DNA of 63,978 bases, the filler included, from Stramenopiles sp. TOSAG23-6 (Eukaryota), in the NCBI GenBank assembly GCA_900128565.1. It is 4 parts of 4 records of this genome, joined end to end, with 100 filler letters (N's around TTAATTAATTAA, not from the genome) between each part and the next. Parts side by side here need not be neighbours in the genome. Positions count along the whole stretch, not along the records: positions 51,593 to 63,978 come from LT636205.1; 3 more parts are not named here. One strand, given 5' to 3'. Position 1 is the stretch's first letter, and each line of letters opens with the position of its first letter. Under the pieces are notes generated by a model, which saw only the letters and a program-made list of their open reading frames with translations, searched no databases and was not told the DNA's origin. Below are positions 57,501 through 63,978 of this stretch, one piece after another. Made by a program: the position numbers and the translations under genes.

Positions 57501-59424
57501 TACAACTTCGCAACATGTTGGTTTTCTGTATTTTGGAGAAAAAATCCAAGTGAAAGCTCGTGAAGGTCGCTGGCTACTTCTTCGACATTCTCAATCAAGT
57601 GGAGAAATTTGGGTTTCATCTCAATCTGATGATGGTGTTGTTTACTTGCGTAGGGTTCCTTGTGAGACTTCAGTGCATGGGTTGCCACCAGTATCTAATC
57701 GAAATGATTATTTATATACTTCTTCTGAAGCTCTTGATGATTGGACTTTTGAACTTGACAAACTCATCGTAGAATATATGACTGCATTATCACAACACAA
57801 AGGACGAAGTATTTCTACAATATTATTTAATCACCCAAATTTGACTCTCCCAGTTCGACAAAGTAAAATTAGTGATGCTTTGACTCGTTTCGGTGCACTT
57901 GATAAAATATGCCCGAAAAAGATCGCTGCTCGATTCGATGTTTTGAGAATGATTAATAATGAAGTGATAGGTATGTTGCCATCCATTGATCTTTCAATGT
58001 GTCGTAACCCTAACCCTAATACATCTCAGTATAATAATACATGTACTAGTACAGTTGATAAATCCAATTTATTCATTGCTGAAAGTTTTGTACAAGCTAA
58101 ATATATTATATTTTTAGAATTAAAAATGCACATTTGGAAAGGTGTATGGCAGACAACTTTTTCTGATGCTCGTTCATCTGAAGTTGTTACAGTAAATCGA
58201 CATAAGGCATACAAATGGCGTCGTAAAGTTGTTTCGCCTCAGCAAAGAGCCCAAAATTCAGTTTTCAATCAAATATTCGCACAATTATTTCCAGTTCGGC
58301 CTGGTATTTTACGTAGAAAAGATGATCGAGCGTGGTTTGTTAAATTTGAAGGCGAGCCAGCTATTGATGATGGAGGGTTATATAGAGAATCCATCTCTTC
58401 TATTTGTGAAGAACTTCAAACGGGTGTATTGCCACTTTTCTTACAATGTGGTGAAAATGGTACACTATTTATACCTAATCCTTATGTTTGTTCCGGTCTT
58501 GATTGCTCAGATGCTCATGATTGGTTTGTCTTTGTTGGTCGTTTGATGGGTCTTGCAAGCCGGAGTCTTCGTAGTTCGTTTCCATTAGATTTGGCTACTT
58601 TGTGTTGGAAATATTTCGTGTGTGACTCGCTTGATGTAGAAGATGTGCAAGAAATTGATCCTGAATTATATAGAATGATTACTTTGCTTCGACGATCGGA
58701 TTTGACTGTTGAGGAATTCGAAAATACATTTGAAGACCAAAGATATGAAATTACTACAATCGATGGTAGAACACATTTCTTACATGATACAAAAAAATAC
58801 ACAGATGAAAATCAAAAGATACAAAAATATACAAAGAAAAAAGTTGCTTTTGAAGATCGTTTTGATTTTGCAGATAAACTAGAAAAATTTCGTTTGACAG
58901 AGTTTAATACTGTCCTATCCTACATGTTGCAAGGTTTTCAAGAAGTTGTTCCGTATAGGCTTTTGCCAATATTTACCCACCAAGAATTAGCATTAGCAGT
59001 CCGTGGCCAGCGTGATGTTGATTTACGATTACTGAAAGCTCGCACTATGTACAAAGGTATAAAAAAAACAGATAAATTAGTGAAATATTTTTGGGCTGTG
59101 TTGGAAAGCTTTGAGCCTGTTGAGAGACAAAATTTTCTTAAATTTGTTTGGGGCCGTGCAAGGCTTCCTGTAACCGAAGTTGATTTCGGATCAGAAAAGT
59201 TTAAACTCTCTTTATTTGAAAGTAAAAAGGATGAAAATAGTTCATCTGATACTACGAATGTAGATAAATATCTACCTGTAGCACATACTTGTTTTTTTTC
59301 CTTATCATTGCCAAATTTTTCATCAGAAGCAATTCTTCGGGAAAGATTGTTATATGCAATCAATAACTGTTCTCTGATTGATGATGACGCACATGGGGAT
59401 TCATGGAGTGGTTTAGGAGAATGA
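51594..59424 (+). CDS. HECT E3 ubiquitin ligase with PCMTD-like, SPRY and WWE-like domains; frameshift near 51990; probably 5' truncated
   Basis: FDRIYTG...LLRPGGILVVPVDDQL; GKWYFEV...IQIGWA...GVGDD; VKFEGEPAIDDGGLYRE, FLKFVWG and LPVAHTCF. Confidence 0.88.
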
Positions 59425-59574
59425 AGAAATTATTTTATTTCTAAAAATTAAAGTTTACATTTTTGAAATTTGCATTGAGATCACACGAGTACTTTCTGTA
59501 TAGATTCGATCATCAAACATTTTGTACTCTTTCTCCAAGTACAAAAACATGGTATACACCCGATGCTGTGTACA

Positions 59575-61401
59575 TTATAAGATTCGATTACGTTTACATG
59601 GATCATTTTGTACATTGACCATCTCTTTAGAAAGTTTTCGTTTATTTTGTTTTACTCTTTGAAGTGATTTTTTCATTTGAACAGTTTTGTTACTACTACT
59701 AGTACAATTAATATAATCGGTGGGTGTTTTAAAACGAGAGTTAACAGTGACTTTTTGATCATTATCAACTGATGATTCAACAGTGACTTCTTGATCATTA
59801 TCAACTGATGATTCAACAGTGAATTCTTGATCATTATCAACTAATGATTCAACAGTGACTTCTTGATCATTATCAACTGATGATTCAACAGTGACTTCTT
59901 GATCATTATCAACTGATGATTCAACAGTGAATTCTTGATCATTATCAACTAATGATTCAACAGTGACTTCTTGATCATTATCAACTGATGATTCAACAGT
60001 GACTTCTTGATCATTATCAACTGATGATTCAACAGTGAATTCTTGATCATTATCAACTAATGATTCAACAGTGACTTCTTGATCATTATCAACTGATGAT
60101 TCAACAGTGACTTCTTGATCATTATCAACTGATGATTGTACTGGACAATTATTACCAACTGATTCATCTATACGAGTTTCAATGATATTTAATTCTACTA
60201 TTGTTTTACTCAACTCTTTACAAGATTGTTTTTCACAATTACTTGATGTAGTTGTTCGATCACATGATGACTTATTAGAACTATTCGTAGTTATTTCACA
60301 ACACGAATCACCTGTGCACTCGGTATTAATATTTACAGAAGGCTCTTTCCTGCAATTCTTTCTGTTCTTTCTTATGGTTTCTAAAGATTCTAACATTTGT
60401 TTTTCTTTCTTTGTAAATTCTGCAATTTTAAGAGTAAAATCCGATTCATACGATTGAGAAGCGGCTACAATTGCTAAATTTTTGTCGGTGAGTTCTGATA
60501 ATGCTGCTTCTAAAATTTGCACAGTGGCATCACTATTAGAAACAAGTATTTTCGCATCCTCGAGCATTTTACGAAGATTATGTACTTCTTTTTGTGAGCG
60601 AGAAATCTCTTCTTTTGAAGCAGAAAGAGATTTTTTCAAGTGACAAACATGTTTTTGGGCTGAACTAAGTTGATTTTCAAGTAATACAATTTTATCTATT
60701 GAACTTGTTTGACGTTTTCGAAGGGTTTCAAACAATAAAATCGATTCTTTTTCATTTTGTTTTAGCTGTTTTATTTCAGCTTTAGAAGCAAAATTTTGTT
60801 CCAGACAAAGTTTCACTTTATCTTCAACATCTAAGTGTCGTTGAGAAATATTATTGATGATAGACTCTATCTCATTTATGACCTGAGACGTTAATCTCTC
60901 GCGTTGAAGTTGTTGTTTTAGAGTATTTAAAGACTTTTCAAGGTCTTCTATTGTTATTGTTAATTGTTTGCAAGTCATTTTGGACTCTTCAAGTTCTTGC
61001 GTTACACGACATAACTCAAGTTGTACAACTTTTCCCCTGGTCTCGGCATGAAAGCATTTTTGTTGGATTTCAATTGTAGCGCTTTCTGTATCAGCAGTTG
61101 TATCGAAACCTCTTTGCTTAGCCTCAGTGACGTTTTTAACAGTGACTTCTTTGATTTTGTTGGCACATCTTTGTTCAGCAGCTTTTTGTTTGCCTTGGAG
61201 TTGCTCAATAAGAGTTACAAGTTGAGTTCTCACTCTATGTACAGCAATACTTGAAGCCACAGTCATTGACCCAAATGGAAAATTTAGTGAAGTGTTTATA
61301 ATGTGTTTTACTACCGGTATACATACCACCGAGTTCATCATCGAAAAATTTGACATTTTTTTTTTACGTATCTTGATCGTGATCGATAAAATATGCCGCA
61401 T
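59575..61401 (-). CDS. Coiled-coil protein with an acidic 12-aa tandem repeat (start uncertain)
   Basis: 608-aa ORF with heptad repeats and (ESSVDNDQEVTV) x11. Confidence 0.7.
   Translation of the reverse strand: MRHILSITIKIRKKKMSNFSMMNSVVCIPVVKHIINTSLNFPFGSMTVASSIAVHRVRTQLVTLIEQLQGKQKAAEQRCANKIKEVTVKNVTEAKQRGFDTTADTESATIEIQQKCFHAETRGKVVQLELCRVTQELEESKMTCKQLTITIEDLEKSLNTLKQQLQRERLTSQVINEIESIINNISQRHLDVEDKVKLCLEQNFASKAEIKQLKQNEKESILLFETLRKRQTSSIDKIVLLENQLSSAQKHVCHLKKSLSASKEEISRSQKEVHNLRKMLEDAKILVSNSDATVQILEAALSELTDKNLAIVAASQSYESDFTLKIAEFTKKEKQMLESLETIRKNRKNCRKEPSVNINTECTGDSCCEITTNSSNKSSCDRTTTSSNCEKQSCKELSKTIVELNIIETRIDESVGNNCPVQSSVDNDQEVTVESSVDNDQEVTVESLVDNDQEFTVESSVDNDQEVTVESSVDNDQEVTVESLVDNDQEFTVESSVDNDQEVTVESSVDNDQEVTVESLVDNDQEFTVESSVDNDQEVTVESSVDNDQKVTVNSRFKTPTDYINCTSSSNKTVQMKKSLQRVKQNKRKLSKEMVNVQNDPCKRNRIL
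59743..60138 (-). repeat. Coding minisatellite, 11 x 36 bp, with a 108-bp higher-order period
   Basis: Plus-strand unit TGATCATTATCAACTGATGATTCAACAGTGACTTCT; every third unit encodes the ESLVDNDQEFTV variant. Confidence 0.95.
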
Positions 61402-61578
61402 ATTATATACATGTCGTTATCGTTAGGGTTAGGGTTCATTTTGAGTAATTTTTGACGATATAATATTGATCAAATGGGATGTAATAAAATTACCTTTCGT
61501 TTATTAAAGTGAAATCAATGGCTAATCTGAAACTTAAATTCTCGTTTATTAAAGTGAAATCAATGGCTACTCTGAAAC

Positions 61579-62262
61579 TTAAATTTTCGTTTTTAAAGTG
61601 AAATCAATGGCTGGTGAGTCATGAACTTCATCAGGATTGAGCCCCGATGCTATTAGTTTAACTAACATAATAAGTGCTGGATTGTTGACACCTGCATCTG
61701 GTATTATCATATCTGCAAAACGCATAGATGGTTTGATAAAATTAATGTAACCAGGTTTTACAAACTTCTCGTATCGGTCCAAGACTGCCATTAATTCTCT
61801 ACCTCTTTCGTTGATGTCACGCCTCACTCTACGTACTAGACAAATGTCCATACATTCACGTGTAAACATTTTTATATCAAGCTCATTTACAACATCGATA
61901 TTACAAAATGCAAATATACCTTCAACGAGTATGACAGAAGCCCCAGCGGCTTTCACTTCAACCTGCGTTTCATCGCGACAATGGTTCAGAAAACTATAAC
62001 AAGGAACGTGGATTTCCTCACCTCGCCTAAGGGCGCGTAAATGCTCGGCGAGCAAATCGAAATCAAGGGCACAAGGATCATCAAAATTATATGTATCAGC
62101 GCAGAACCCTTTTGGTGGCGTTCGATAGTAGCTATCGCACGAAATTGTATGAATGACTTTACCACGTAAGTCAGGATGGTTGCAAATACGTTCACATATT
62201 GTTGTTTTTGCTGAGCCTGATGGCCCTGCAATACCAATGATAAGAGGCCGGACTGTTGCCAT
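61579..62262 (-). CDS. UCK: Uridine-cytidine kinase
   Basis: IIGIAGPSGSAKTT, DSYY, NFDDP, LVEGI, RRVRRDINERGR and FIKPSMRFADMIIP. Confidence 0.92.
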   Translation of the reverse strand: MATVRPLIIGIAGPSGSAKTTICERICNHPDLRGKVIHTISCDSYYRTPPKGFCADTYNFDDPCALDFDLLAEHLRALRRGEEIHVPCYSFLNHCRDETQVEVKAAGASVILVEGIFAFCNIDVVNELDIKMFTRECMDICLVRRVRRDINERGRELMAVLDRYEKFVKPGYINFIKPSMRFADMIIPDAGVNNPALIMLVKLIASGLNPDEVHDSPAIDFTLKTKI

Positions 62263-62720
62263 TATGGTTCTCTATAAAAAATGAAATTTGTCGAGCTCTT
62301 TAAAAGGAAAATTGAAGTGATGAGTGTAATGGAAAAAATCCTAGTATACCTGTAGGTATATCGAGTCTAATGACTAAAAAAAAAAACGAAAAAAACTAAC
62401 ACGTGTCTTGTGTAAGTGTTATAACTTATGAGTATTTCGATTTATCGGCCTATATACTAGCTAGGGTTAACTGAAAAATTATATAGGAAAACCCACAGTG
62501 ATTTCTATTTTTATTTTAAGATGAAGCGCCAAATTTGAGGAATATTTGAGGAATATATATTTGTCGTAAAGTCTTAATTTATTGCAATACAAGTGGTTAC
62601 TAAAATTTAATATTGTATACTTTGAAGATTCCAACAGACAAAACCCTAACCCTAAACCACAACCCATTTGAAATTCTCTTTTTAACTTTTTTTTGTTGAG
62701 AATTAAGTAACTTTTGTACC

Positions 62721-63695
62721 TCATCCAATTTCTCTGTTTTCATGTTTCTCTAAATCGTCAATACCAGCACTCAATACATTTGAAATTGAATCCATACCAA
62801 ATTTAGTACCTAACAAATTGCGAATTTGGTGACTCCCAACTGCTTCATTATCCATTTCTATAGCAACATCGTCTAATTGTTCGAGTTCAATATCGAGTTG
62901 AGCTTTCCATTTTTCTTGTTCAGACTGCACTAAAATTTCCAATTCATCAAGTCTATTTCCTATACTACTATTTTGTTGTATACAACTGACAGCATTTTGT
63001 GATACAATGTCAACAGCGTAACGCAACTGAAGAACGCGATCTCTTTTTGAGGACACTAAATTATCGACAAAAATCTTATTTGATTTTTCCATTTTTTCAT
63101 AGTCTTGAGATGCTGCAGCAACAGACATTGCTGATATATCGACTAAAGTATTTCTCATCTGTATTTCATTTGCTGAAAGAATTTTATTTTCTTGAGTGTC
63201 TTGATTTGCGTTTTCCTCCTTCTTTTTGAATAAAAACCTCTGCATTTCGTGATCTGTTTTAGTATCAAATTCAACTTCATCTTGACTAAAATTTTCTTCC
63301 TTGACGTTGTCTTGTTTGAAAGTAATATTTCTTTGTACACTATTTATTTCGCTATTGTTACCCTTGTTAATTGATAGATTTGATACCTTCGTAAGTACTT
63401 TTGCCAAGCTGCTTTCCGACGACGTACTACTCTCCACAACTAAGTTGTTCACGTTATTTGTGGATAAATTTGGATCTATTAAGGATGTTGGAGATGGTGA
63501 TCTTTGAGGCAATTCTTGCAAATACTCCTGGGGCACATAACCAGCATCAAATGGGGCACTAAGACGAGTCGCAAATACCCAACCGTCTCTATCATCATCA
63601 GCAGGAATTACTCGTAATCTGTCCTTTTTTTTTAAGGGCATTTCAGCTTCTCCTTGGGATTCGAAGTCATACATAGCTTCATGAGTGGGTAGCAT
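62721..63695 (-). CDS. SH3-domain plus coiled-coil protein
   Basis: AMYDF...EMPLKKKD...DGWV...GYVPQEYL. Confidence 0.85.
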   Translation of the reverse strand: MLPTHEAMYDFESQGEAEMPLKKKDRLRVIPADDDRDGWVFATRLSAPFDAGYVPQEYLQELPQRSPSPTSLIDPNLSTNNVNNLVVESSTSSESSLAKVLTKVSNLSINKGNNSEINSVQRNITFKQDNVKEENFSQDEVEFDTKTDHEMQRFLFKKKEENANQDTQENKILSANEIQMRNTLVDISAMSVAAASQDYEKMEKSNKIFVDNLVSSKRDRVLQLRYAVDIVSQNAVSCIQQNSSIGNRLDELEILVQSEQEKWKAQLDIELEQLDDVAIEMDNEAVGSHQIRNLLGTKFGMDSISNVLSAGIDDLEKHENREIG

Positions 63696-63978
63696 GATTC
63701 AAAGTGTATACTTGAATAATAAGGTAAAGTTGTTTTAATATAATCCGAAATTTAATCAGCAGCGAATTAAATATGTGGTGCTCCTTTAAAACAAAAAATA
63801 GTAACTTTAATTGAAACTTGAATTGAAACTGTAAGATGGCAACTTAAGTTTTGTCAAATTCTAGATTCAAAATTGTTTCTAGAATAAAACAAAATAAAAG
63901 GTTGTTATTCAACAATAATTATATTTTTTTATAGTTCATAAAGTCAAAGTTACAAATGATTAATTTAGTTCATCTAGA

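Noticed and set aside
59743-60138. 36-bp repeats as a CRISPR array
   Set aside because: The repeats are head-to-tail with no unique spacers, lie in frame within a eukaryotic CDS, and no cas genes are present.
62792-62819. CATACCAAATTTAGTACCTAACAAATT resembling the intron-family core
   Set aside because: It is antisense within the SH3 gene CDS and lacks the T-tracts and termini, so a chance match cannot be excluded.
1209-63507. Many short antisense or overlapping ORFs in the track
   Set aside because: They are shadows of longer recognisable genes or read-throughs of introns, with no independent motifs.

Overview
AT-rich, gene-dense eukaryotic DNA. It probably comes from a metagenome-assembled flagellated protist (MKS1 and an RIIa-domain gene are present; a stramenopile affinity is only a guess). 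The window is four unrelated contigs joined by artificial 100-nt N-TTAATTAATTAA-N linkers at 17175, 34384 and 51493. About 30 protein genes are recognisable, including LIN37-like, cyclophilin, an NCX exchanger, an IP3R-like channel, ATG18/WIPI3, EIF1AD, MON2, MKS1, RPS15A, RNase HII, DIM1, a HECT ligase and uridine kinase. The main signal is a dispersed family of about 17 related introns, mostly 90-115 nt (GTAYGTTTT...TTTCGTACGAAATTTTGTACCTAAC...AAATATTTT...AATACAT). About ten end in AT rather than AG. In cyclophilin, ATG18, IP3R and a Cys-rich gene, GT-AT splicing restores the reading frame or a conserved motif where the nearest AG does not. Most copies sit directly after an exonic AT and many have GTA...TAC ends, consistent with an introner/MITE that duplicates AT and uses the duplicate as acceptor. 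Other notable items are an IP3R carrying an extra voltage-sensor-like module and a PCMTD-SPRY-WWE-HECT fusion. No transcript data are available, so all splice calls are inferred from the DNA.
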